The notes below the pieces were generated by a model. That model made no database searches and was not told where the DNA came from. It saw only the letters and a list, made by a program, of their open reading frames with translations. From contig CM059428.1 of assembly GCA_030390025.1 (NCBI GenBank), positions 131,440,001-131,504,000 of the forward strand: 64,000 bases of DNA, written 5' to 3'. Position numbers and translations under genes: made by a program. The DNA comes from Squalus acanthias. Its lineage: Eukaryota. Below are positions 11,951-24,839 of this stretch, in pieces; position 1 is the stretch's first letter, and each line of letters begins with the position of its first letter.

Positions 11951-13636
11951 ACTACTATTTATATGTTACAGTCTCAATTTACTTCAAATTACTTTGGCTA
12001 TATCAGAATATTTTATATACTTCTCTTGTTTTCTTTGAAATATTCCACTTACATTTGTCTTTGGAAAATTAGGTTGCGTTATCCAGTTAGACTGTATTTA
12101 GTCTGAAATGGAAATAGGAAGATAATTTTGAACATTAATGCTTTTACTGCTAGAGTTGGTCAGACTGATGATATTTGGCAGGCAGCTGGTAGAAAACCTT
12201 GTTAACTTTTTAAGCTATGTTGAACACTGGTACTTTTCAGAAATTGACAAGAAAATCAATATGCCCTCAACTTGAGACAAAATGGCCTGGCAAATTTTCA
12301 GTCTGAAAAAGAAAAAGAAAAACTACCAATGCTGGAAATTCAAAATAAAATTAAAAAAATGTTGGAACTACACAGTATGTTAGCCAGCATCTGTAAAGAG
12401 AAAAGATGGGTTGTGATATTTCAGGTGTGTAACCCGAAGAAATCCTCCATCAGAATTGCGTTCTAATGAAAGATTATACAACTGAAATGTCAATAACTGA
12501 TCTCTTTACAGAAACTGACTGACCTGCTTATTTCCAGAAATTTGAATATGGTTTGATTTAAATCTAGATATATCCATTTTTGTTCCTAAAATATGCCCAT
12601 CGCAACCGTATACCTCAAAACAGATAATGGTGGCATATTTATAAATTACTGCCAATTTGTTAAATTCATAGCCATATTTTGGATCTATTTTGTCCAGTCC
12701 TTTATACCACAGTACAGAAATTGTCTTAAAAACCTTCTCTTGACTTCTAGCACAAATAATCATTAATGCACCAAATTTCTGGTTTGGTTCAGTTCTTTTC
12801 ATACATTTTGAACTAGGCAAACTAGCCTTTCTTAAATTGATTTTACCTGTTATCAAATGTGTGCTAGGAATACCTCTGCTCTTAAAAGCATTGTGGATTT
12901 CATTTCAAAAATTACAAGTTTTAAATGCATCTTGGGTGGTATTATGGTTCCTCACTGAAAAAAGTACTTACACGTACGTAGAGTGTTGTGGAAAAACTTC
13001 TTATTGGTAGAAAGGGAGAGGAGTTGTAGAATGTGTATTTTTATCTTTCTTTATTAGCCAGAAGTAATGTGATACTTGAAGTCATGGACATGGTATATCC
13101 AAAGTTCATTATAGAAGGATCCTAGTACATTTTTGTAAATTGCTTTGAATTTTAGGGTGTAGCTTAAATTACAAAACCACAAATTCTCAACATCAAGCAT
13201 GCCTTTACCAAAGAATGATGTCTAACAGACTCTTTTTCATTCTATTGATTTCCAAATATTTTTATTTAAACATTAATTGACGATTGCATCTTTGGGAAAG
13301 TGGCTGAGTAAAATGACTTAATCAGCAATCATGTATTTGTGTAAATTAATTCAGCTTCCTCAAGACATCATGCACAGTAACTTCACGGTATCTGTGTTTC
13401 CCCTCCCCCTGCCCTGTGTGATTTGGATTCACTTGCAATCATAATTTTAATTTGTATTAAGTGTTTTTAAGTAGCACTAATGGCTATTGTATTTGTTACC
13501 AAATTTGGATTGTCCATGTATTTGTGGTCGTTTTGTCTGCAACTTTTCTATTTATAGATGATCAAACTGATGATCAAAATGGTTTTTAACATTTCTTCAG
13601 GTTAACTCCTTTAAACAATTATTTATTTTCTTTCAG

Positions 13637-13804
13637 GGTTCTGATGGTGTGCTGACAGACTTTGTGAGCTTCTACACTTTACCTTCCACAGTTATGCATC
13701 ATCCTATTCATAAGAATCTTAAGGCTGCCTATTCCTTTTATAATGTTCACACTGAGACCCCACTCATTGATCTTATGAATGATGCACTAATAATTGCAAA
13801 ATCG
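13637..13804 (+). CDS. NMT2: N-myristoyltransferase 2, internal coding exon
   Basis: 168-nt exon [56 protein letters not shown]; tttcag acceptor, gtaaac donor; STVMHHP is NMT2-type. Confidence 0.96.
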
Positions 13805-15366
13805 GTAAACTTTTCATTATTTAATCTCTTGAAGTATAACGACATATGTAACAGTCACAGCATAATCAAATCAGTCATGGGCAATTATGTTAGAAAGATA
13901 TTTTGAGGGCAATACAGTAGCTATAGAATGTTTATGGGGGTCGTGTGGTACTGAGCAGCTTTCTAGTTAAGTGCAGTAATGTAATTCATAGCGTGTGTTT
14001 CTAGAATTAGTAACATTTTATTAGATGAAGTATATGTCAGAAGTAACAGTCCCAAGAAATATTGAAGATAATCACTGAACAAAGGGTGAATTTACACTGG
14101 AGCTACTGGTCTCAGATCGATAGCTACAGTTTGGGTTCTAGCCAAGCACAACTCTGTATACACTGCTGGCTTATGCATGGCTGGAACTTTTAACTGTTCT
14201 CTTTAGGAGAGAGCTCTTCACATGCCTAGGTACATGAAGGAGCAGAGCTGTCTGCCAAAAGCTTAAAATTTAAATGTTTAGAGAGCAGGGAGGAGAGAAT
14301 GTGCAGTGTCAGTGCACCCTAAAGTGGTCTTGATTTGTTTTTCCATTTTCCATAAATTCTGACCACCTAGGATTTGAAGATACCTGTACATTTGCACTTA
14401 TTGGTAGACACATCTGTTGTCCCAAAATAAATTTCTTGCTGTTATGGAAATTGGTGTCTGTGGTTTGGGGCAAAAGCATTAAGGGCAGTTTAAAAAGAAG
14501 ATAACTGCGAGTATAATGTGTTTCAACACCAACTGCCAGGTGGCAGTCAAATAACCTGATAGACTTCAGAAATTGCTAAGCACTTCAGGCAAGAAAGAGC
14601 CTGATGAAAAGTGATGGAAATCTTGGCAGAGACAATGCATTTTTATGTGAGATTATATGAAGGCAGGATTAGGCTGTGATCCCATCCATTGATAAGTAGC
14701 CTGCCAGCAACCACTGTCTAGGCTCACACACAAAAAATAGCTGTTTGGGTGAGGTACTAGGGAATTGCAAATGGCTGGCTGGCACCATAGAACTGTACCC
14801 TGGCAAGCGTGAGCATTTTCAGGACAGGAGTATAATTCTTATGCATTATCAAGTATTTATTTCTTGATTAACCTTCACAGTACAGTTCTTAATTTCAGTA
14901 ACTATATTGGCTTACCTTAGAATAATCCTAGTAACAGAACAAATGTGCCTGTTTATGTAACAGGAGTTGGAAAATTCCTCTCCCACCTACCCAAGTACTC
15001 AAGGGTGAGATATTTTCAATCTTGAGCTGAAAAACAGCAACTCACAAGCTTTCAAGTGTTAGCATCATGTTTATTCCCCGATCTCCAGTGCTTCATTTTG
15101 CTTTCTGCTTTCTTGCTGTATTTGATTCTTTGTGGTCTGTTGCAGCTCTTATGTACCCTGCTAAATAGTTACTCGTCAATATCTAAAAAATGTTTTAGTA
15201 TTCCTGTGACTAAAGCCCAAATAAAAGTTGTGGCAAGTGAAAAGTTATTTAGGCAAGGTGAAAGAAAAGTCCTCATCAAGCAAGGAAATAATTTCTGAAG
15301 ATTTTATTTTTCTGACACTCTCAGTTCCATTCATTTCCTAACAAATATTTCATTTTCCCTTCACAG

Positions 15367-15504
15367 AAAGGATTTGATGTGTTGAATGCACTTGATCTAA
15401 TGGAAAACAAAACATTCCTAGAAAAACTAAAATTTGGTATAGGTGATGGCAATTTACAGTACTATTTGTACAATTGGAGGTGCCCAGATATGGAACCTGA
15501 AAAG
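15367..15504 (+). CDS. NMT2: N-myristoyltransferase 2, penultimate coding exon
   Basis: 138-nt exon [46 protein letters not shown] containing the NMT signature KFGxGDG. Confidence 0.97.
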
Positions 15505-16976
15505 GTGAGAAACATTGATATTTTCAATTTAAACACTGGGGCCAAAAAATGTTGGGCCTACTCTGACTCTGCTAGAGAATTCAGAGTTAGGGGGTTCAGC
15601 TATTAGATATTGCCAGCAGACATCTTTGCCAGTATGGGTGCAACTTGGGCAGGAGTGGAAGATGTGGCATTGCCAAGTCACTTGGGGTGGATGAGGTTGG
15701 GTGGGAGGAGGGGAGAGAGCACAAGCCAGTTGTGTTGGCTTAAAAGTCTTTTCCGAACATTGACAATCGCTCCCCTTTGTAAGTGGGTTGATTTTCCTGA
15801 TCATGCCATCAGTCTTCTGGGGTGTCCAGGCCCAAACCCAGCCCTGGCCCTGGACATCCTGCTGAGTCCCAATTGCACCCTTCCAGGGATTTGGATGTCG
15901 GGGTCCCATCCGATTTTACAGACTAAATATATTATTTATTGAGACATTTCACTGGTAATAAACATCTTTCATAAGAATTGTTTGAGGTTCTGACTTACAC
16001 AGGGAAGTAATTTGTTAAAGCAATTATAAAAAAAAAAAAAAAATTCTCCTCTGACCAACTTGAATTCGATGATGAAAGCATTCAGCTCATAATCATCCAT
16101 GCAAAAAGGTCTTAAAGCCCAATGCTGCATGTAATTGTTTACCTGATTCCAAGGTCTTCACCATCACTATCCTATCTGGAAGTTTATTATCACTGCTGAA
16201 TTTGTAACATGTCGGCATCTTTGAGGTGAGCAGAATTAGGTAACCAGTTAACCTTCTGCATTAAGCTAATATTAATTCATAAATTTTTCCTAAACTTGAA
16301 TTATATGGCAGTCTGATTGAAGATGGCAACACTGCTTTTTTCAACCTTATTTTAGGCAGCCTATATATACACATTTTGAAATGTGATAGTTATAAACATA
16401 TAATGGAGGAAACAATGCAATTGTTTGTTTCTTATTTGTCAGTATCCAACTGTTAACATTAGATTAAGATTTAACATGATTTAACATTTACGCGCTACTA
16501 ACTGTTAGAACTCCAAATGTTGCTTCTGGTGTGATAACTCATCACAACTGGAGCAAGTAGCTGAAATGTTAAGCAGTCCCAGAAGTCACCTTGTGGGTTA
16601 CTGGGATTTAATAACCAATCTTAAAACTTTACTTGCTTTGTAGCACTGATGGATTTTAGTGATTTTAAAAACTAGTTGCCGAAGGGTTTACATAATAGCA
16701 CTTTGCGCTTACAAATGTAATTTCATGGAAAACTGTGGGTGTGAGCTGTTGGACTCATTCTTAAAAATATTGCTGGATAGCTAGAACGATTAACTTGAAG
16801 AATGTAAAAGTCAAGGATAAAGCTTCAATGATGTCCTCCCTTAATTACCACATTTTCAAACTGTTGAGCTTGAATTTCTACAGTCTTTCCTCATGAATCA
16901 TCCCCATTACAGTAGGGATAAAGGTTATCTATCTTTCCCCTACTTTTACTGAAAGTTTTTATTTCCTTTTCTGTAG

Positions 16977-16997
16977 GTTGGTCTAGTGCTACAGTAG
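16977..16997 (+). CDS. NMT2: N-myristoyltransferase 2, terminal coding exon
   Basis: Polypyrimidine tract and tag acceptor followed by VGLVLQ-TAG, the canonical NMT C-terminus. Confidence 0.95.
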   Translation, partial: VGLVLQ

Positions 16998-18639
16998 AAC
17001 ACTCTACTACTTCTGTAGAAGCCTCTTCATAGAAGCCCAGGGTCCAATATCATGCCTTTGATCAGTGACAAAAATCTACCAGCTCAACACAGAATTCTGT
17101 AAAAGGAGCTAGTAGTTCCAACCGTGTTTTGCTTTCAACAGAATGGAGACCATTGATTCTTCTTTAGGATTTGATTTTACTGTGCAGTGAAGTGTTGCAT
17201 AATTCCATGGTGTTTTTTTGGGAGTTTAAACCACTAAGAAGAATTTTATCTATTAACCATTTGCAACCTGAATGAGAATTCTCATAAATGCCTGACAGGA
17301 TTTTGTACGCACTTTGTTTTGTTAATTTCAAGAGGCAGATCTACATTTAGACTTTCATAAAGAACATGTTGCTGCTACCTTAGGTAGTGAGGAACTGGAG
17401 GCTTCTTTTGCAGAATGACAACTCAGTCTTTTGTACAAATGAAGTGCAGTAGTAAATTGTGTGAAGAAGAAAATTGTTACCGTTATATCTAGTAGGTGGT
17501 CTTGTACTGCCCAGACAGATTTCTATTTATTGACCAGTGTTTTTTAAGTGTTCACTATGGGAACATTGAAGGATCTATGGTACGAACTGACTAATTTTTA
17601 CCCAATTGTGTCACGTTTGCAAGACAGAGTGTGGGAATTTTTGCAATAATGCATTAGTGCAAATTCCAGAATCTCCAGCAATGCAAATAAATTGAAACGG
17701 TATCCCACTCTATTCCATATGCGCCCTCAATGTCAGCAATGCAATCTGGCTGCTCATAGATAGTGTTCATGGCTTATTTGTGAAAGAGGCTGCATTCCCC
17801 ACATTTTTTTATGTAAGGCTGGGACAAAGCTTTATTTGTCACTGTTAGTTTTTAAGCTTTTTTAAATGCCACCTGGTGTGGCCCAATAGCAGTGGTAAAA
17901 GTACTCGCTTTACAATTCAGAGATCAGGGATTGAAGTCCTGGAGCTGCTTGACATTTCAGCTGTGAGCCTGGTTTGTGACTAATTTTCAGGTCTCTGGGC
18001 AAGCCATAACAGGAGTAGCTGAGTTGGTGGCAGTTAAAGAGAACAGCAGCTGAAGAAGGCTGCATGTAGAGGCAACCACGCAGATAAATGTAGATTTAAA
18101 ATGAAAAATCATGATGGATTAGCATCTTTCTCCTGCCAAATCTTTTTTCATTCTCTACACATGAACATTTGGGTATTTCTTTTTCTCCAGATACCTGGAT
18201 ATTGAGTCAGGTGTGTGTTTTTTTTAGCACAAACTGCACATGTGAATACCTGACAATAAATAAACTAAATCAAAGGGAAATACTTGTTTTTTTAAAAAAG
18301 AGAAAAAAGTGAAAGCTGAAAGCTTTGTTCTATGTTGTGTTTTGCACAAATTATGTTAAGAGGAAGGATTTGGGCCTTGTTTGTTAAAGCATGTTTAGCT
18401 GTTCAGCAGCTTAAAACTTTGCCTGGTCAAGTGACGGGTTACGTATAGTTTACTATTATCGCTATGCATGCTTCACTGAAAAGGCCCCACACTAGAAAAT
18501 GTGTGCAAAAAATTATCCATTCCTAAATCGGTGTTGGAATGGAGGACCAACATGGTTTAAATGTTGCCAGAGGAAGAATGTACTTTTTGATTTCAGTAAT
18601 GTTTTAAGGTCACCAGCATGACTGTTTGATGTCTGAATT

Positions 18640-18645
18640 AATAAA
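18640..18645 (+). terminator. Candidate NMT2 polyadenylation signal
   Basis: AATAAA followed by a U/GU-rich downstream tract; alternative AATAAA at 17686 and 18255. Confidence 0.5.
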
Positions 18646-18740
18646 AATCATTACAACTTTGTTATTACTTGTGCGCTTTCATTCTTTCAATTAGTGCAAG
18701 TTTAGATGACACTTAATGATATCACTTAGAATATATAAAC

Positions 18741-19370
18741 TTATTCATTCATGGGATGGGAATGTAGCTGGCAAGACCAACATTTATTGCCCATCCCTAA
18801 TTGCCCTTGAGAAGGTGGTGGTGGTGAGCCACCGCCTTGAACCGCTGCAGTCCATGAGGTGAAGATATTCCCACAGTGCTGCTGGGGAGGGAGTTCCAGG
18901 ATTTTGACCCAGCGACGATGAAGGAACGGCAATGTATTTTCAAGTCATGATGGTGTTCCCACGGTGTCAAGCTTCTTGTTGTTGGAGCTGCACTCATCCA
19001 GGCAAGTGGAGAGTATTCCATCACACCCCTGACTTGTGCTTTGTAGATGGCTTTGGGGAGTCAGGAGGTGAGACACTCGCCACAGAATACCCAGCCTCTG
19101 ACCTGCTCTTGTAGCCACAGTATTTATGTGGCTGGTCCACTTAAGTTTCTGGTCAATGGTGACCCCCAGATGTTGATGCTGGGGGATTTGGCAAAGGTAA
19201 TCCCATTGAATGTCATGGGGTGGTGGTTAGAATCTCTTGTTGGAGATAATCATTGCCTGGCACTTAAGTGGTAACATTCACGCCACACATCAGCCCAAAC
19301 CTGAATGTCGTCCAGCTCTTGCTGCATGCGGCAGGTGGTGAGAGAACCAACACGAGGGGAAAAACCTACT
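18741..19370 (-). mobile_element. 3' fragment of the CR1-group LINE also present at 34673-37652, with an inverted 5' piece
   Basis: MEYSPLAWMSAAPTT motif and 3' end GGGCAATTAGGGATGGGCAATAAATG on the minus strand; 19327-19370 matches 35319-35361 in the opposite orientation. Confidence 0.85.
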
Positions 19371-21301
19371 AATTTAATGCATTAGTTGTCCCGTCAGAAA
19401 AACCTAACCTTTACACTATTTGTATATATTGCTGAATGGATTTTTTTCTTTTCCCTCTTTCTAGGTCTCCCTTCACACTTAACTAGTCTTGCTGAGGACA
19501 AATTGCTCAATGTGATGATTTTTAAAGCAGTTTGGAGTCAGTTGTTCTCCAATTTTTCATTTATCTCAATGGGAATTGGTCTATTGCTCCCAGGTTTCTT
19601 GGCTGTGATAAGAGATTGGGAAAACTGAAGAGAAGAATTGTGGATGTAAACCTGCATCCTCCATGTTCTATTCAGTTTCTATTTTACTATTCAGTATAAC
19701 CTACTGGAAAAGTATGTGGTGCTAGAGGTTAGATAAGGGCAGGATTAGTCTTGTGCCACCCTTTAATGAATAACCTGCTAAAAATCTTAACTCACACGTG
19801 TAAACTGTCTACCTCAGTGAGATGCTAGAGTTTTGCCAGATCCTGTGGAACCAGAAACCAGCATTGAGTTATTGGCTGCAAAAAATGTTGGAAGAATGGG
19901 GTAGGGAAATGTGAATAGTTTTACAAATCAAATAGGATATTTTCAATTCCATAAAGAGGTGCAAGGAATTAGAGCCAAGTGTATAAGTAACAAGTTTTAT
20001 GTTGAGGTTTTTAGTGGTGGTGAGGAACTGGTATCATGGCTGTATATTGCAGAATATTTTGTTGGGAGTGCAAGTTGAAATTACAGAAAAAACTTTGATG
20101 TAATTTAGTGCATAATGAAATGAGAAAATAACATTTCAGACAAGGACTTCAATGAGAGCAGAAAACTGATACTTAACAGTGACCATGCAGAGGATGAGAA
20201 ATTTAAAGATAATTTGAACTGGTGCTTCTGAACTTCACTTTCGTATAATCCACACCTTGTGAACTCAAAGTGAAACATTTGACTTTTATTTATTAAAATT
20301 CAATCATTGTTGAGCAGCTACCATGTATTTTATTCAGGTGACTGAACATACAAATTGTAAATTTAAAAATCTCCTAAATTAAGTGCTGGAATGAACAGTA
20401 TTCCCTAAAGCAGTTCTTCCCTGTTTTCCATTGAAACAGCAGCATCTTATTCTACAAAACAGATACAGCAGGAATCTGAATTTGATTTGTAGCACTTGTA
20501 GGTTATGTCTCTTTCTGTAAGAACTTAGTAGTCAAGGTTCAAGTTTATAAGGGGGCGAGTAATGTTACCTCCTCTCCTGCTCCAAAAATTCCATAACTTG
20601 GTCCTTCAAATTCTTTGCATTTTTACTAAAATATTTTTTCCTGGAATATGGTTATCTGATTTTAATTCTTAACAATATGCCTTTTCCTCTGTAGAAGTGT
20701 TACCTAGGAGTTAATACTCTATTACTGCACATAAATGACTGAATCATTGTTGTTTATGCTTTTCATTGATTTACATATACACCATTTAAAATCATGTATT
20801 TGTGCTTGTGCATGCAGTGAATAATGTGTACAGAATAATGCAGTGTGTGAATTCAACACATACAGTTCCAAATGAGATTTCAGTCACTTTTGCATTTTTA
20901 AACCCCGATTCCCACTACTACATATACTAACTCATTAACTTTTTTTGTATATGTACAGGGTCACCTGTTTGTGTAAGAAGTGCCCATTGTGCTAAATGAT
21001 CCAATAGCTGTGCTGATCAGGCTTTTGAAAATAGTGTGCGACACTGCAGGTGCAAAGTTACAGGAAAATTTGCACATTGTGACATGTAGATTTACAAGTA
21101 TCTAATTTTAAGAAGCAGTTAGATAAAGTAGCTGGTGTTTAGGCATAATGTCAACAGTGCTATGATGTCAGATCTAAGAATCACGAAACATCTGGTTAAC
21201 TTCATTAAGGGTATGGTAGTGTTGCGATTCTGGTTCTGGACTAGTAACCTAGTTATAAGTTCAAATCCTACCATGGAAAGTTGGTGCTCCACTAAACACT
21301 G

Positions 21302-21896
21302 GGGGGGGTTAGATTCGGTTGGTTAGCGCCCTAAGAGGGCGTTAATGGGGCGCAAATCAACTAGCGCCTGGGCATGGCGCTGCCAACACCTCCCGTGAAA
21401 TTCAGTGGGAGGTTAAAGCCGCCGGCGATGAAGTCATTGCCATGCGCAGCACCTCGCTCGCGCCCTGGCTGTAATATTGGGTGGCGCCCCCCCCAACTTA
21501 CCGCCAGACACTGTCTGCCGGGGTCAGGGGGGCCTACCTGCGGCCGGGGCGGCGCTAGTTAAAGGGCAGGTGGCGGGCGGCCATTTTTGTTGCTGGCCAC
21601 CTGCCAGCACCTGCCCCCGGCCCCAGTGAAGCCCCCCCGCGGGGTGCCGGCACTCCCGATCCCTGGTGGCCCAGTCGGGACGCACTGCGCCAGGCCCCTC
21701 TCCTTTAATAAGGGGAGGAAGGCCTGCAGTACCGATGCACTGCGGCACGTAGCGCCACAATATTGGCTTGCAGCGCCCCAAGAGGGACGCGAGGTGCTTC
21801 CAGTAGCACCCCTCCTCCCTCTCGGGGCGCTACCTGGGAAAATCAGCTGCGGGGCGCTAAAATTAGCGCCCTGGCGAAGGACCCAATTTTTACCCC
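21302..21896. mobile_element. GC-rich MITE (same family as 30621-31310 and related to 47631-48481)
   Basis: GGGG...ATT(C/G)GGT and ACCCAATTTTTACCCC termini; repeated TAGCGCC/GGCGCTA subterminal motifs; extensive similarity to 30621-31310. Confidence 0.8.
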
Positions 21897-22249
21897 ATGG
21901 TCTTCAATTTTTGGCATGTTTTTATTTGATTGCTTTACTTGTTTTCATTTCTCACCTTCCTGCACAAATGTGTTCTTTTTAAATTTCATTTGCTAGCTGT
22001 TTTTCTCTCAATACACCAAAATAAATAATATAGCGGTTGACTCTAAGAAGCACTTAGAAATGTTAAGAGGCCTAATTATTAAATATATGGAACTTTGAGT
22101 CAACATATTTACTGGTAGCTTGTGGACATTGTTGGGGAGAATAAAGACCTACTTTAGCTAGAAGTGATAGATGTAGTCAGTGGGTAATTAAAAGTGGGAC
22201 AATATTACATTTGCTAGCACCGCCATCTTTCAACTTGATGATGCGCGTT

Positions 22250-22830
22250 TACATTTACAGTGTGTATACAGCATCTTTAACAGAAAACATCCAAAGGCAC
22301 TTTACAGAATAGCAGTAATAGAACAGTGAGTTGGAGAGGAAGCTTAGGAGGGGTGATAGAAGATTGGTCAAATCCAAAGTAGAGTGGAGAGGCAGAGGGG
22401 TTTCGAGAGGGAGTTCCAGACAGCAAGGCTAAAAGCTCTGCCACCAATTTTGGTGAGGGAGAGGATGCACAGGAGCAGAGAGTCAAGACTGAAGGGTGTG
22501 GGAGGGAAATTAAGTCTGGAAGAGGGTGCTGCGAGGCTGTAGAGGGATTTGCAACAACTTTAAATTGTAGGTTTGCAAGGATGGGAGGGCTTAGTAATGG
22601 GCAGGATTGGGATAGAGTTGAGTGGGGAGGAGATCAAGGGAGCAGGAGGCAAGTTATGAAAGATATAAATTAAGGGGGGGGGGGTCAAAACAGTAAAGTG
22701 ACTAGTGATCAGGTCTGGGGCAGATAAAGGGAGGAGGCAGTTGCATAGACAGTTTCACTTTTTTTTAAAATCCATGAGCTCCTCACATTTGTATTGGGAG
22801 GTGAGGTTGGAAGGAACAGGAGAAGGGCGT
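22250..22830 (-). mobile_element. Old L2 fragment
   Basis: Resembles the L2 3' region at 1580-1990 (AAACATCCAAAGGCACTTTACAG...AGAGGCAGAGGGGTTT...GGGAGTTCCAGA). Confidence 0.55.
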
Positions 22831-23298
22831 TTGCGGAAATTCAAAAACAACTAAATTTAATTCCTGTAAAAAAACTGTTACAAGTTCAAAAATTTGAAAA
22901 CTCGGTAAGTAACCCATTGTCATGTAAAATACAAACATTGATATAATGGCATTACTGATCAAGGAAAGGCATTACTGATCAAGGAAAGTCACTACAAATC
23001 AGAGCAGTTTCACTCATTAAATGACCATGCTTAAGAATTACCCTCATTAAATGGCGAAAAATTTCATGTTTTCTGCTTGCCTCTGTTTCCCACACACTGT
23101 GGTGATGTCTGTGTTACTGAGCATATTCAGGCAGAGAATAATTTAATTGAATATAGCAGTCTTTAAAAATGCAATGGTTGGAGAAACAAGCATGTAATAT
23201 CACTGAGCATATAATTTTAAAATCTATCCACTGTAAAGACAGGAAACAAAAGAATGAATTTCAGATTTGCATGACTAAAAGAGCAATTGCATGAAATA

Positions 23299-23304
23299 TT
23301 TATT
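23299..23304 (-). terminator. Candidate RPP38 polyadenylation signal
   Basis: TTTATT on + (AATAAA on -), about 200 nt after the RPP38 stop. Confidence 0.55.
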
Positions 23305-23507
23305 AGAACAACAAAATCACAATATACTGGGAAACTATTTTCCCCTCCTCCTCTTTGTTCTGTTCCTTTTTAATCTGCAATTTACTCCAGTTCTGACAAA
23401 GGATCTACATCTGAACCTTTGACTTATCTGTTCTGTCAGATGCTAACTGACCTGCTGAGTGTTTCCAATATTTTCTGGTTTTGTTTCAGATTTCCAGCAT
23501 CTGATTT

Positions 23508-24449
23508 TTATTTCTTTTTCTTATTCTTTTTTGGCTTCCGAATTTTATTTGGATTTGGAACTACCTTCTTTATTTTTAGAGGCAGCAATGTCACTCCTAT
23601 TTTCTTGCTTTTTGCACCATCTAATTTTAAAGGAAAGTCACTTGATTCTACTTCATAGAATTTACGCTTTTGACTTTGTGGAACCACAGCATCCGCTAAT
23701 TCAGTCTTTGGCATTTCACTGGCATCTTCTTGCTCCTTTGTCTCCAATTCTTCATCACTCTCAATTAGCTTACTTTGCTGTAGCCATGAAACATTTAAAG
23801 GAGGTACTTGTGGGGTAATGGAGTTAACAGTCTCAATAAAAGTCTCTGAATTCTTTTTAAATCCCAGTGCAAGTGTGGATTTTAAGCCCAGCACAGGTGC
23901 CACGGTTTCACTCAGACGGGGAACTTGACAGGCAGGTACTGCCCGACTCACGCTCAGTTGAATGAGATGGTGCGTCATCAAAGTAGGTTTCACTGACTTG
24001 CACACCAGAACCAAACACAATTCATCTTTCTCCAAAGCCCGAGTGACTTCATTGATTCCAATGGCCAGCTGTTTCCTAAGTTCCACATTAGTCCATCCTT
24101 GTTTCGCCTCTTGAATCCTGATCATCGTATGATCTTCCTTCACTTCTTTGACCTCCTCCGCCTTCTTTTGGTGTTCTTCGATTTCTTTGACATTCCCTTC
24201 CTTATTCCTCTTTTCCTGACCTTTTGGTGCCTTGGAAGCTCTTGGTTTCCTGGGCCTTTGAGTAGGTTCAATTTTACACAAGCCAGTCTGTTGAAACGTT
24301 TCCTGTAACTTCTGCAGGACAAATGCCATGCTTTCCCCTTCCAAAGGTCTCCACCCTATACTATAAGGATTGTTGAAAGAAGTCTTAGCAGGCGGAGGTC
24401 TTGTTTTCCGTATGCCTCCCCCTTTCCCAACTTGTGCTGGACTTTCCAT
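23508..24449 (-). CDS. RPP38: Ribonuclease P/MRP protein subunit p38
   Basis: 313-aa intact single-exon ORF; L7Ae domain RKQLAIGINEVTRALEKDELCLVLVCKSVKP...HLIQLSVSRAVPACQVPRLSE; C-terminal PLKIKKVVPNPNKIRKP; convergent with NMT2 as in human; exon acceptor (tttttacag) at 24498. Confidence 0.96.
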   Translation of the reverse strand: MESPAQVGKGGGIRKTRPPPAKTSFNNPYSIGWRPLEGESMAFVLQKLQETFQQTGLCKIEPTQRPRKPRASKAPKGQEKRNKEGNVKEIEEHQKKAEEVKEVKEDHTMIRIQEAKQGWTNVELRKQLAIGINEVTRALEKDELCLVLVCKSVKPTLMTHHLIQLSVSRAVPACQVPRLSETVAPVLGLKSTLALGFKKNSETFIETVNSITPQVPPLNVSWLQQSKLIESDEELETKEQEDASEMPKTELADAVVPQSQKRKFYEVESSDFPLKLDGAKSKKIGVTLLPLKIKKVVPNPNKIRKPKKNKKKK

Positions 24450-24839
24450 GTTTTGCTTTAATGTGAATATGATACAATGTACAAAACTCTTGCCAACCTG
24501 TAAAAAAGATACTTGAGTGCATTAGAGAAGCAAGGAAACTAAAGGACTGTAATATTTTAACTAACCAAACAGGAATCAAAGATAAGGTCGCACCCAGGCT
24601 ATTAGCCTGCATTATCTACCAGCGTTCCTCTCAACCACCAAGCCAGCAGTACAGAGCAAGTTGCAGCTGCCAGAGTACACCAAACACCCGCCATTGTAGC
24701 AGTTAATTGTCTTACATGATTCCAGGGTTTTTGCCTCTGATTTTACTCTAAGAACTTCCTGATATCTGTCCTAAAATTACTTTAGTTTAAACTTGTCTCC
24801 TACTTTTACTCCAGCAGTTTAATTTAATGCAAGCTTTTT

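Noticed and set aside
12328-12545. Possible hammerhead ribozymes in the inverted Penelope-like remnant
   Set aside because: The core CTGATGA is mutated in both arms (CTAATGA, CTGATGG) and the stems do not pair well
4433-16997. Calling the myristoyltransferase NMT1
   Set aside because: Linkage to RPP38 and OLAH and the residues LVEVKF, YRLPD, STVMHHP and NWRCP fit NMT2
21374-21996. Overlapping GC-rich ORFs here and at 30842-31248, 39100-39680 and 40472-41554
   Set aside because: They fall inside MITEs; high GC suppresses stop codons and the translations have no recognisable domains
23419-24322. Antisense and alternative-frame ORFs overlapping RPP38
   Set aside because: Shadow frames of a lysine/glutamate-rich coding sequence with no independent support
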